The position numbers were made by a program, and so were the translations under genes. A stretch of 64,000 nt of DNA from Amoebophrya sp. A120 (Eukaryota > Protista > Dinoflagellata), in the NCBI GenBank assembly GCA_905178155.1, contig CAJINV010000002.1, positions 11,534,591 through 11,598,590 of the forward strand, given 5' to 3'. Of the stretch, positions 47,434-58,939 are shown in pieces. The notes below the pieces were generated by a model that saw only the letters and a program-made list of their open reading frames with translations, was not told where the DNA came from and made no database searches. Numbering within the stretch: position 1 is the stretch's first letter; every line of letters begins with the position of its first letter.

Positions 47434-49008
47434 CGATTGAAACTGCGCCGTTTCAAAAAAGGGTGCGGCTCCGAATGTGACACAATCACATCCAGAATCC
47501 GGGGACTACAGTAAAGCCGAGAAGCAATATTTTTCAACGTGGCCGATAATTAACCGGTTGGTACGATCGAATCGATTGATGTGGTTTCGTTGCGTGTGAA
47601 AACTTCCGAAAGCTGTATAGTCTTCTGTCGAATGATACTTGTCTCCGTCTCTGCCAACGCTCAAGCGAATCGCTACGACTGCTGCTGCTCTTTGTAAGTA
47701 ATGCCGAGCTCCCTATTGATTTTTATCTTTCCCGACGATCTCTGATAGTTCGACGACCCACTTGTGTAAAAGCTATGAAGCAAATTCGTAAGCTGGCTTC
47801 AAAGCAAACTCGTATCGCTATCGGTGTCGTACTAAAAATGAATATTTCTTGTTCGAATCTTTATCTACACAAAAAAGTACTATTTCCTCTCACGACCCAG
47901 AACGACTGGATTTAGTTTTTTTGTAGCCAACGTTTTCTTTTTACTAATCAGATGGTATGTTGTAGTCCCGTGCGACGCTGATGTTGCACTTAAACGAAAC
48001 TGTTCTTCTCCGTTGTCGACGACTAGTATTTTTGTGTTTTTGTGGTTCACCTAGGTAACCTCTCGTCTTCGACTTCGTGTTCTGTCTTTCGTTTTAACAT
48101 CAAAATTACAACGAAGCTGAAAATGATTTTTGTTGTCGTCGCGATTGTACAGTTGATGTTTGTTGAGCCAAAAAAAAACGAGTCTATCCGTTGTCCTACG
48201 TGTTCTTAGTTGTATCTACTTGTATGTAGCGATCGCGATATCGAACACCGATGATATAAAAAATGCGGTTACTACAGCCAAGCTAAAGTAGTGAAGGTGT
48301 AGGTAGAAGAGTACAAATTTCATGCTAGATTTGTACAAAGTAGTTGTACTGAGTACAAATAGGCGTACGAATAAGTACAAGTCCTTCAGTTGCCTCTGTT
48401 GGTTTTTTCGTCATATGCACTGCATGTCCGAAGAAAAATTGCATTGAAAAGTCGCTTTTCGAGCAGAAAAAACGCCACGTGCTATTGTGATCGGGCTTGC
48501 TGCTCCAAGCGGTCGTTTCTAAAGATCTACTCCTTCTAGTCAGTTCTGCAAGTCTTTCGCTTTAGCGTTCAAAATTTATTCGTCTTCGTGATCGTGATCT
48601 TATGAATGCTGCACAGACAGAGACACAATACAGCACAACAAAAAAATTTTTTTTTTTTCTACATTCATTTTCCTTCGCGATATTGTACGTCATGAAAGTT
48701 CTTTCTTCATTGACAGGCCGAACAAAAAGTAGGATCTTGTAAATATGCAGGTACTTGGTGCAGGTCTTTGCCAACATCGCTGTGTGGCGAAAGCAACTGT
48801 TGTTGCACTTTCAAGCGCAGCGTTTCATTTCTTATTTCAGTATGTTCGATCGTCTTCGTTCTTTTTGTCCTTCCGTTTAAACCGTTCGAACCATCTGCTC
48901 AATAGCTGGTGATCGTCTTGTTTTTTCATCAACATGTACAGAATTAAGCACAGCGAGGAGGAACTGACGAAGATATTCAAAAGAACCTGGTTTGTTCCAT
49001 AGCGCGGC

Positions 49009-52000
49009 TCAGCTTCGCAGCAAGGCTTGCGCTTTCTTCCCCTCCTCTGTTGCTTCCGCACTTCGGTTTAGCTGATGGAGTGCCCACCCGCGCCTGGTCC
49101 GACACGCCGCCTCGAGTCGCGGATGCGAACTCTGCGGCTTTCGGGACTCGATTGCCCGCAGGGTCTCGTCGCACATTTTCAACAAGTCTTGAACCCGCTT
49201 CAATTTTTGCAAACAGAGACAACAGTTCAGCCGGACGCGGAGCTCTTCCTCGAAAAGATCCTCACCACTTGAAGATGCGGCTCCAGAAGCAGAAGCTTGG
49301 TGTGGTCCTGCAGCCAACTGAAAATTGCCCTTGGTACGTGCGTAGTTGAAAATCTGCAGCGCGGACTCGAACTCTCCCTTTTCGAGGTACTTCGTGGCCG
49401 TGCCGACCAACTTTGCGACTTCCGCCTGCTGCAGGGACCCGTCCTCCGGGTCATCTTCGTCCTCGGAATCGGAGTCTTCTACCACTGCGGCAGATTTTGC
49501 CCCTCCTGCAGTTGCACGCGATCTCGATTTCGCCTCAACATCCTCAGCGGAACTCGAGTTCTGACCACCACCGCCTAAAATCTTCTTTTGGATGATCCTT
49601 TCCACGTTCTTTGCCTCAGTTGCACTGAGCTGCCCGGACGCGGAAGTACTAGTACCGGCTGCTGTGGTGCCTTCGTCTTCCTGTTCCCCCTTGCCACCCA
49701 ACTTTTTCAGATTTCCCGCAATTTTCGCTCGAAGCTGCAGCGCATCCGGATTTTTCGGTTCCGCCGAGAGTACCATCTCCAGAGCCTTCGACGCATCTTC
49801 GAACTGCTCCTGCAGTTCGTACGCGCGAGCCTGGCGGAGACGGGTCTTCACAAAAAGCCTGCGCCGAGTCTTCTCGCACGGGTGGTCGCGGCGAAAACAG
49901 CCAGGCTGCGTGGCAATCAGACTGCGCTCGAAAAACTCGGTGCTCTGAAGATAGATTTTCATGGAAAAATGCTTTCTTGTTTTTGTCACAGAGTTCTCTT
50001 TGCGCAGTCGCTCCTATCCATCTGGATCGCATTTCAATTTTTCCCTCTCGGCGACTGCATGTCACTCTGAGGAAAAGTAGAAGTCATTGACTTTGACGGT
50101 GCAGTGAAGACGAAAAACTATGACTTGACCCATAGCCCAGCACATAAGTACCGTTCTGTCTTCCTCTTTCATTTTCTCCTGGTCGAGTTCCGCCCTTTTT
50201 TTTTGCTCGTCCAGATACTCCGACAGTTTCATCCGGTACTCGCCCGCCTGATGCAAGGCTTCGCTGCACGGCCCCTCCTTCGCCAGGTTCTCCTGCCGCG
50301 CCGTCTCGATGGCCGCGTCGATTACGTCAATGTTCCGCGTGTAGAGCGCCTCCTGAAACTTCGTGATCTTCGCCCGGATCGCCGTAATCTGGTCCCGCGT
50401 CAATTTTTTGCGCACCGCAATCCAGGCCTCGTCTTTCTTCTCGGACGCGTCCCGCACCCACTCAAACTCCTCGGGGATATCGGGCAACTTCCCGTCATTC
50501 GGCGACCCGTGGTGCTTCATCAGCCAGTCTTTCTCGTCCGTTTTGCTGGCGTTCGGGTTGCGAAAGGTGTGGTCCTCCAGCGTCGGCGGATCCAGTCGCT
50601 GCGGCTTTTCGGGAAGCTTCGGTGCATTCCGCGCCACCGGCCACCTGGCGAGTAAATCGCAGGTCGTGTCGGCGTCTTGTAAACAACCTTCAATGTCCAT
50701 CGCTTGCAGCTTCACAAAACTCCGGTTCGCGCAAACGACGGCGTTCTCCTCCTTTTCCAGCAAGAACGCATCGTCATACTCTTTCAGAATCACCGCCTGG
50801 GTCTCCTTGTCGAGCACGTTGTTCGTCGTTCGAAGCTTCTTGTCAATCTCCCGCTTCTTCTCGCACGCTTTGGCAGCCAGTCGGACGCGTTGCAGATCTT
50901 CCTGCAAAATGCCTCGTTCCTCTTTCGTCAGTGCGCACTCCTCACACTCGTTCCGGTCCAGTGCAGTGAGGAACGAATCCTCGCACCGGGCGTACTCTCC
51001 CAGCCAGAGAAAGGCGACGCCGCGCCTTACGAGAACACGTGCGCGCAACTTCTCGTCTTCCGGGTCCTTCGGCGGGGCGCAGTGGCCGTCGGGCACTTTG
51101 GTCTTCATGTTCAGGATCTTTATCGCGTGATTGCAATCCTCGATGCAGTTCGACAGCTTCCCGAGGTACAGGGCGCACACTGCCCGATTTGCGAAGGCGC
51201 GCGCGTTGGAGTACTCGGTAAGTGCGGTCGTGTATGCTTGCATATCGTACGAAAAAACTGTTTCACTGTGAACTTGTGATGCATAGAATGGAGCACACAA
51301 CTAGTTGTCTTGCTACACATGCAAGACACTGGGTTTTTCAACGTGTTTTCCCTTAGGAAGCACGCATGGCAAGTTTTCTTGGTCATGTGTAACGAACTTG
51401 TAATGCAAAACTTGCAAAATCCTTACAGTGAAACACTTTTTTCGTACGATACTGCATAGCGCTCGGGTAATCCCCCGCGGCCATGCATTTGTCCGCCTTG
51501 TCCTTCAGCCACACGGGGTCGGACTCGTCGTAGTCCGTTTCGCCAGCTAGTTTGTGCTGCTTGGCTGTGGGATGTTTGTATGTTTTCCTTTTGATTGTCC
51601 AAGGTGAAGTTGAACTTCAACTCATACTTGCATTCATTTCATCAGATGTTTTCGTGACTGATACTGATTTTTCGTTGCACCCAGAAAAATATGTCGCAAA
51701 ATCTATCACTTTCATACGCGCGGCCACGCCAGTCAGATCCCTCGGGTGTGGTGGGGCGCGGCCGGGCCTATCACGCGCCGGAACGCCGGGCTTTGCGTGT
51801 CGGGTCATCGGCAGGATCATCTTGTGCGTACCGGCTTGGCGAACCTCTGGCAGGTGCGGTTTTGGCGGCAAGATCTCCATCTGATACTCCTCCTCGCTGT
51901 CGGGGTCTTTTTCATCACGGGCCCCTGCAGCTTCTATCTTCTGATTGTCCTCCGGGTCGGTGTTTTTATCCGTGATGTTCTCCGCCTTTTTCGCCTTGAC

Positions 52001-53024
52001 TTTTGGCGCGGGCTCGTTCTCGCCATCGCTGTCAACGAGGTCTTCCTCTTCGTCCTCTTCCGAATCCGGAACCTCTTCAATTTTTGCCGACGCCGGCGCG
52101 TCATCGCGGAAAATGCTACTGGTGCTACCACCGGCGGACCCAGAGCACGTGCTGCGGTATTCCTCGCCGGGCTTTCGTCTTTCGACAGGACCCCCAAATT
52201 TTGCTGTGATGGACAGGAAAAATTGTTCCGCACAGACGTCGACGAAGAAATTACGGATGAAAATGGAAAAGGCAAAACTGAAGCAGGTTCGGTTAGTTCT
52301 CGTTCTCGAATCAGATGCCATTGTTTCAACTGTAAGTCAGCAAAGAGACCAGAGCCGTTTTCTTTTTCTGCTAAACAGATTTGTACGCTTTTCCCCCAGA
52401 TTGTCGAGCACGTCGAAGACTTCGTTTTCTGCGATTTCTTTTTCTTCTTCCTTCCACTTTTCGATCTTCTCCCTGCCTTCTCGGTCGAGTCGCCATTGCT
52501 CCTCTTCAGCCTTTTTGTTCAACTGAAAGCGCTGGTCCTTGCGCTGCTCCGTCAGTTGCCGCTCGCGCTCCTCCCACTTCTGAAGTGACTCCTTTCGCCG
52601 TGCCAAAAGCGCTTCCTGTTAGGTAGACAATGCACATACAGAACCTAGAAATCAGATTTTTCGAGTAGTAGTGTGATTAACCCAGGAGATTTCCAACGAA
52701 ATTAAACTACCCCAGCACAAGCTCCAATTTAGTTACCCTGCCCCCCGTCGCACTGCTGTTCGCATAGCGGAAATCGCCCCAGGTGCCGGGACTTCTCTTT
52801 TTCAGGAGGAGTGTAACCCGGTCCGGGGCGACGCGCGCCTGGGAGCCCCCGAGGTCTACTTCGTGTAGCAAGTCCTGCTCGAAAAAGTGCGGACTTTGGT
52901 TGACCTTCACGTAGACAGGAGAAATTACGACCACACATTTATTCGCCTTCACCCCCGGAATACGCACCACGAATGTGATCGTATCCAAATCTTCCGTCCA
53001 AGTAAACTTCGCAGACAGTGGCAT
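49009..53024 (-). CDS. DNAAF4: Dynein axonemal assembly factor 4 (DYX1C1)-like: CS/p23 domain, coiled coil and TPR repeats, multi-exon
   Basis: N-terminus MPLSAKFTWTEDLDTITFVV...VYVKVNQSPHFFEQDL is a CS domain. DPVWLKDKADKCMAAGDYPSAMQAYTTAL...FANRAVC is a TPR start typical of DYX1C1. Confidence 0.85.
51243..51451. mobile_element. TIR element acting as a non-canonical intron (209 bp)
   Basis: TIR TATCGTACGAAAAAA(C/G)TGTTTCACTGT. TSD TTGCA (51238-51242) and CTGCA (51452-51456). Excision rebuilds the TPR helix GDYPSAMQ-AYTTAL. Confidence 0.92.
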
Positions 53025-53630
53025 CTTGGCGAACGGAAGCGTTTAAGAGATTCAAATACTTACTTCTTTTCTTAGCGATCAGTCGTGCATTATAAACAGA
53101 AGAACTAAGAAAAAACGCAGACCGTAAGCAGCACGCACGGCGAATGGGATCCGTGCTTTGGTCGACCTTCACTCAGCTGAGGAAAGATTTTTTGTTGGAC
53201 TTGCGCTGCTTCTTCGTCCTGTCTCACTCTCAGACTCAACGCACAGCGCTCTGTCCTCCCACAGCTGAGAACATAATTAAAGCGCAAGGAAATAGGTAAG
53301 ATTTTGCACCATCGTATCTAGTTCTACTTTATTGTCGACCGCGCAACAATAAACAGGTCTTGTTTGCCCTTTGTACAGGCATTCGCTCAGACTCAACAAT
53401 GTACAAATCCGTTCCTGAAATTGCAAGGGCCACCAACACCACGACAAAAATCGCCGGTGTCTTTTGCTTGCTGTTTCGTGACTTAACAGCAACGGGTACC
53501 CGTATACGAACGTTGTGGCGCAACGTTACTGACACTAAGTTCATTTTTGGAGGTCGAAGTCCATGAATCACCTTCGAGGACTCATAATTTTTTGAGTGGT
53601 TCAGAGCACTTGACGACTCTGAGAACTACC

Positions 53631-55042
53631 TCACGCGGCCTTTTTCCGCGTCATGTGATCAAAAATCACCACCTGCACGTACTCCGCGGTTTTGATTTCG
53701 TGCCGCTTCGAATTGTCTCCGGGGTCTTTCACGCGCGGGTCGACGCAGATTACCTCAAATGCCATTGAAAGCTACGTCCCAAAGATAGAAATAAGAAAGT
53801 CAAAAGGAAGCATGATTATCAAGCTCAGATCCGAGTAGTTTTCATCTCCTTGAATGATGAAAAAGACGAACGATTTACTACCTTTCTATCCCTTTTGTTC
53901 TTAAACAGCAGCCCTTGCTCGTAGTCTGGTATGATGTGATATCCACAGTAAATTTCCCGTACACGTACAAATGCAGTCTCTGCATGACAAAACTTGCCTT
54001 CAGTCCTAGTCTAGCATGACAAGTTGGACACTGCAAGTTAGCGAAATTTGTCATGCATTTTGTACATGTACGGGAAATTTACAGTGCATATGTGAAAGTT
54101 CGCGGACTCGTTTGACGCAGTGTGCTGTGTGTCCCAGTTGTAGAAACTCAAGTCCGTTTGTCGGGGTAGCAGCCTCTTTTTTCCTGTAGTGCGTTGTTTT
54201 AGATCCAGTTCCATCTATTTCTTTTCTACAACGACCAAATTAACCGCTACCAGCACGAATACGCCTACAACCAAACCATGATAACCAACATCAGTTTGCT
54301 AAACAATGAACTAACTTGTCGCACAGAAAGAACCAAAACCACCATTGAATACTTTCAAAGTAAGGCTCGAAATTCTCGCTCTTCAGTCGCTGCCCGTAAT
54401 CTATGTACCCTGACACCTCCTGCCCCTTCGTGTTTTTATCTCTTATGAAGATAATCACGCTGAGTTTGCCTTGTCGTACCAACTCTTCCCGGGCGGCCTA
54501 TTGGGATCAGATTTTGAAACGTCCCATTCAAAGTAGTCGATGGATCTGTGCAGCAGCGACGTGGGTACAACCAGTCATTCATCTTTTATTTTTTCTCGAA
54601 TGGAGCAACAATCAAAAAATATACCAGATGCCTCAGAAATGGGTAATCCGTGAGGTCTTTGTTCGCTGAGGCCAACACTTTCGGTGCATTCTGTAACTTG
54701 CTTTTTCTTGCCTCCTCCGCAGCCTCCTTGCGTGCTGCAAACTCTTCCCGCGACAAAACCTCGCCTTTGCGACACCCTATTTCCACCTGTTGGTAGATAA
54801 TCCATTGCACTTCAAAAACTGTCTGGCGCCCCCGCTTTAAGCATTGTTCACATCATGAAAAACAAAAATGCAAACATATGCACAAGCAAGCGTTCAACGA
54901 GATGAAAGCTCAAGTCAGTCAGCTGTACCAGCTGCCTTGCTAGCTCGTCATCCTCAAGGTATTTCCTGTCGTGGGCAGTGATTTGGGCGTCCAAGTAGTC
55001 TTCGTACGTAATGTACTGCTCGACACTGGCGTCGTCGTCCAT
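53631..55042 (-). CDS. CFAP299: Cilia- and flagella-associated protein 299 (C4orf22), six exons
   Basis: Joined exons read [13 protein letters not shown]...[15 protein letters not shown]...[35 protein letters not shown]...[15 protein letters not shown]...[17 protein letters not shown]...PGDNSKR...[14 protein letters not shown]. Confidence 0.92.
53940..54090. mobile_element. TIR element acting as a non-canonical intron (151 bp)
   Basis: TIR TAT(C/G)CAC(A/T)GTAAATTTCCCGTACA(C/T)GTACAAA. TSD TGTGA at 53935-53939 and 54091-54095. Excision gives conserved [17 protein letters not shown]. Confidence 0.95.
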
Positions 55043-55555
55043 TTTTTCGCAAACGGGAACGGGTCTTCACAAGTAGTGACACCGTACTTCTGAACTTTCC
55101 TCGTCTTTCACTTCCTCGTCGACGTATTTCTACTTATCTTTCCTTCTAAATTTCAAGGCAGGATGGATGATGATGTTTTCATGTTTCTTGTAAGGAGCGA
55201 TGAAATGCGCGATGCGATTCTGCTGTGCCAGTCGAGCAGCTGGCGCAATGCGAGGAGACCTCTGCGAAAACAAATCATCTTCTATGCGAAACTTTTAGTT
55301 TTACAGGCATCTGCTCTCAATCACGACAGGGTCTCTCAAACGACGCTCCTCAAACGATGACACGAAAAGGTCGACTTTTTACTTCCGATACTTAGTGTAT
55401 TCACGAACAAGTTTTAGATAGAGGATGTAGAAGTGAAGAACTTCGCAGCAGGCAGGATGCAATGATTTTCTATCTTGGCTGGGTGGAAAAAACACGAGCT
55501 TGTTCACCAGCAAGGACGCGTGCGAATGGGTTTTATCAATCTACAATCTTTGCGT

Positions 55556-56611
55556 CTAGCGCAGCGGCGTACACGACTCATTCTTGAGCTGCAACATTTT
55601 CGCGGTCGAAGAGTCAAACGGAACGTCCCCGACGGTGTTGCCGCCTTGTTTGTACCGGCACGACACGGCGAAAACCTTGTCTTCATCCTTGCTTTTTTCT
55701 TCTGCATCTTCCAGAAAAGCAGTACTCGAGTGACCGCTTTTCAGTGTTCTCGCTGCCCCGTTGAGCTTCCGAAAGATGCCCTGCAGCCTCTTGAAAGGGT
55801 CCGTAGATTTCATCGCTGGCGCCACTTTAGCTGTCGACTTGCCGCTCCCGAGCAATTTATTTGCTGCAGTTTTACTATTTCCCTTCAAGGAAACAGCAGG
55901 AGTCGATAATTTCTCTTTCCTTGCACCCGCAATAGTACCACACTGCGCCTTTCCGCAGCCGACCTGCGTGCTGCTGTGCCACATGAGCTGCGTGAAGTGC
56001 CCCACCATACACTGATCTTGCCGATCCAGCGGCCAGGACTGGCATTTGGTCGTCGTGCAGGCAGAGCCCACCGGCCCGTAGGTGTAATCCTTGATCTCCG
56101 CGTACCAGGCATCCACGACATCGGTTCCCGTGGGGTCGAACCCCTGCACTTTGTAGATATTTTCCCCGATGTAGTCCTCTTTTTCCGTCGGCATGCCATT
56201 GTCGTGTCGCTGTTCCACGCTGCTGTGGGCGAAATTCGTGCAGAGCGTCTTCGCATGTTCCTCCGCACCGGTCGCCAACTCCGGATCCCAGACCATGGAG
56301 GGGAGGAAAGCGCGCCGCCGCACGGCGTTGGTGGCCGCAACGAGGTCTTCGGTGAAACTCAGCTGTGCATCGTGCTTCGGGTGCAGCGCAAAGTGGGAGT
56401 GCGTCGCGTGGCCTCGGTCTTTCACGCGCTTCATGCGCTCCCAAGGGTCGTCATCTCCCCTTGTAGACAGCAATGAAGTTGTGGCGAGCGCATTTACACT
56501 GAACGGCAGTAGCAGCGCCGCCAAGCGGGCTGCGAAGTGTGCCATCGCAGTTACATATTTTTGGGTCTGATGAAACAAAGCAGTAACGCTAACGACCCTC
56601 GTTCTTACCAA
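55556..56611 (-). CDS. Secreted CAP/SCP (PR-1) domain protein
   Basis: Hydrophobic leader plus motifs MVWDPELA, FAHS, GENI, VDAWYAEIKDY and GHFTQLMWHSSTQVGCG. Confidence 0.9.
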   Translation of the reverse strand: MVRTRVVSVTALFHQTQKYVTAMAHFAARLAALLLPFSVNALATTSLLSTRGDDDPWERMKRVKDRGHATHSHFALHPKHDAQLSFTEDLVAATNAVRRRAFLPSMVWDPELATGAEEHAKTLCTNFAHSSVEQRHDNGMPTEKEDYIGENIYKVQGFDPTGTDVVDAWYAEIKDYTYGPVGSACTTTKCQSWPLDRQDQCMVGHFTQLMWHSSTQVGCGKAQCGTIAGARKEKLSTPAVSLKGNSKTAANKLLGSGKSTAKVAPAMKSTDPFKRLQGIFRKLNGAARTLKSGHSSTAFLEDAEEKSKDEDKVFAVSCRYKQGGNTVGDVPFDSSTAKMLQLKNESCTPLR

Positions 56612-56873
56612 CGAGCGTTACCGAACCGCCTTCTTATTTGGAAGACCTCTGCATATCTGTCTCAGAAACCCGATCGCAGATCCACGAGAAACCGGAACCC
56701 TCATCTGCAAGATCCTGAGGAGAACGAGAACACCAAGTCGCAACCAATTGGCTGTCGCTGTAAGAATGAGATCGCTTCCTGGTCGACGAAAACATTTTGA
56801 AGCGGGCAGCACGTGAGTTGTAATTTCTACTGGCACTTCATGTTCCGGTGTCCATAATATGGCCGAACATAAT

Positions 56874-58376
56874 CTATTCCATCCAATGCGAGTGTCCTGG
56901 ATCGGGCCAGAATCTGTAGGCCTCCGTCATGCCTCGGTTGTGATAATTGCCTGGTTGGTGTTCACTCCCGTCGTAAAATTTCGCCGCGTCCGGTTCATTG
57001 GTCACCGGGTCGCGGGGGATCAACGACTTTTCCTCCTCGGTGAGGAACCGGTTGCTCCACACGTCCAGCAGCCGGTCGGGTTTCGGAACGGGCTCGTTCA
57101 AGTAGTGCACGTTTTCCGCGTCCACTTCTATCTTGTCCACCCGCAGCATCGTCACGTACTGCCGGCGCCGCCAAAACATGCTCCACCGATTGTTGTTCGT
57201 CCCGCATCGGAAGACGAGTTTTTCCCCGGCGAGCGTTTGTTGCTCGATCGTGCAGTGCACTCTCGCGTAGGGTACCGTGGGCTTGCCGATGATGGAAAAC
57301 GACCGCCCGCCGACAAACAAAACGGTGCCGAAAATGACTTTTTCCCCCGCACGCCGCATGCGGAGCTTCTCGGTTTGGACTAAATCCCCGATCGTCACTT
57401 TGTGTTGCAGGTAGATGTTGGACTTGAAGATCGCGAACAGGTCCTGCTGATTCTTGGCGATGTGGTCCTGCATCATGCGCAAGCCTGACTTGGTCTGATG
57501 ATTGTACAGTCCTTCATCTGCATCAGGATCGGCGCCCGCGGTCGTGCTCGAAAACATCGCTTCTACGTCCTCAAAATGTTCCGGACTCGGCGGAATTTCG
57601 CCGCTGACTTGCTGTACGTTACCGTTTGTGATCGGCATCTGGTTGTGCCAAATGAAACTGCAGGTCGGCGCGGGCTGCGGGAATTCATTCTTGATCGGAT
57701 GCCACTTACGCGCAATCTTCCACCGCTTATTGTTCCAGCGGTTAGTGTATTTCCATCGCAACTTCATATCCGCGTACCTTCAGGGGATATGATGTTTCGA
57801 TTTCTTTGAAAGGTTGGCAGTCGCACGAGTGCAAGCTTTTTCATCGTCAAACGGGGTGGCTCTGACTCCGCAAATAAACCCGATGAAAACTCCTGTGCAT
57901 CACGAAGTAAACCGAAAGACTATTCATCTGTACTGTGTGAGCAAGTTCATGTTTCGATCCGGGTCTGAGGGATGCGAAGGATATTTTGGCATGGTTGAGA
58001 GCTTCCCGGTTTTCTGGTTCCCCTTGATAATCTCCATCTTGTGCCCCATCACAATGCGCGCCGGATGCTTGATCACTGTGCGGATTTGGTGGAAGTTGCA
58101 GTATGGGGCCGGAGTTTGCTCGTCGTGGCCTCCAAGAAAAACTCTTGATTTTCTTGCAGATACGTTGCAGGATGACGACGACGCCGCGGAGGTGCCGACA
58201 AATAACTGTGGCGGTACAGCCGTCGGAGCCGAGGCGTGCGCCGGTAGGTAGCGCAGAAGCGGGCGGGTTCCCGCATGAACTACTCCCGACCCCACTGAAG
58301 ACGCTCCCCAGAGTGAGGAGTGGAGGTGATTTCTCATGGTGACAGAACTAGTAGAGGTAGCACAAACACAAAGCAC
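56874..58376 (-). CDS. Organellar (probably mitochondrial) ribosomal protein bL21, two exons
   Basis: FAIF...QHKVTIGDLVQTEKL...AGEKVIFGTVLFVGGRSFSIIGKPTVPYARVHCTIEQQ...RQYVTMLRVDKI. The upstream exon has a transit-peptide-like N-terminus and is joined by a GT-AG intron. Confidence 0.8.
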
Positions 58377-58939
58377 TCGACGTATACCTCAGGAGACAAA
58401 GAAAAAGCAAACGAACCACATAAGCACAGGTGTTCACGCACTTCAAAAGATGATCGACTTCTGAATGGTCCCAACGAAGCAAGGCATTTGGACATGTTGC
58501 CTGTCTTTAACATTATTTCAGTTGCAGTCGGGAACTATGTGTGTGTGCCAAGAATATGCACGACCGGGAGCGTGACCTCCCAAAATGCCTTCTGATCCTG
58601 AGTGAGCTCGTAGCCAGCAAACACTGTGAGCGTATACGAGAGCGAGACGGAGCAGTGCAGGGAAAAACAAATTGAAGGATCGGTACACAAAAAAAGCGTT
58701 CGATGGATCAAAAGAAACAAAGGCTCGGCAAACAGAACATACACTTGTCGGCAGTTTGCAACGCCGCACTCAAAGACGCTCCCGACGCGATCCGCTTATG
58801 CGCGCCCTCTCTGGGTGCAGTGCGAGCAAAAGATGCAAAACAAGGCTGCGCTATTGCAAGGTGTTCCTGCCAGTGCTGCTGCGACTTTGATCAGTACAGT
58901 CAAACTCGCACTAATTTGGAACTACAAAATGACGTGAAA

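Noticed and set aside
48163-48173. TTTTGGCTCAA spliced-leader-like relic
   Set aside because: The match is partly a poly-T run, lacks the terminal G, and lacks the 5' CCGTAGCC half.
57778-57933. Apparent AT-AG intron in the bL21 gene
   Set aside because: Canonical CA|GTACAG...GAAG|G restores the frame.
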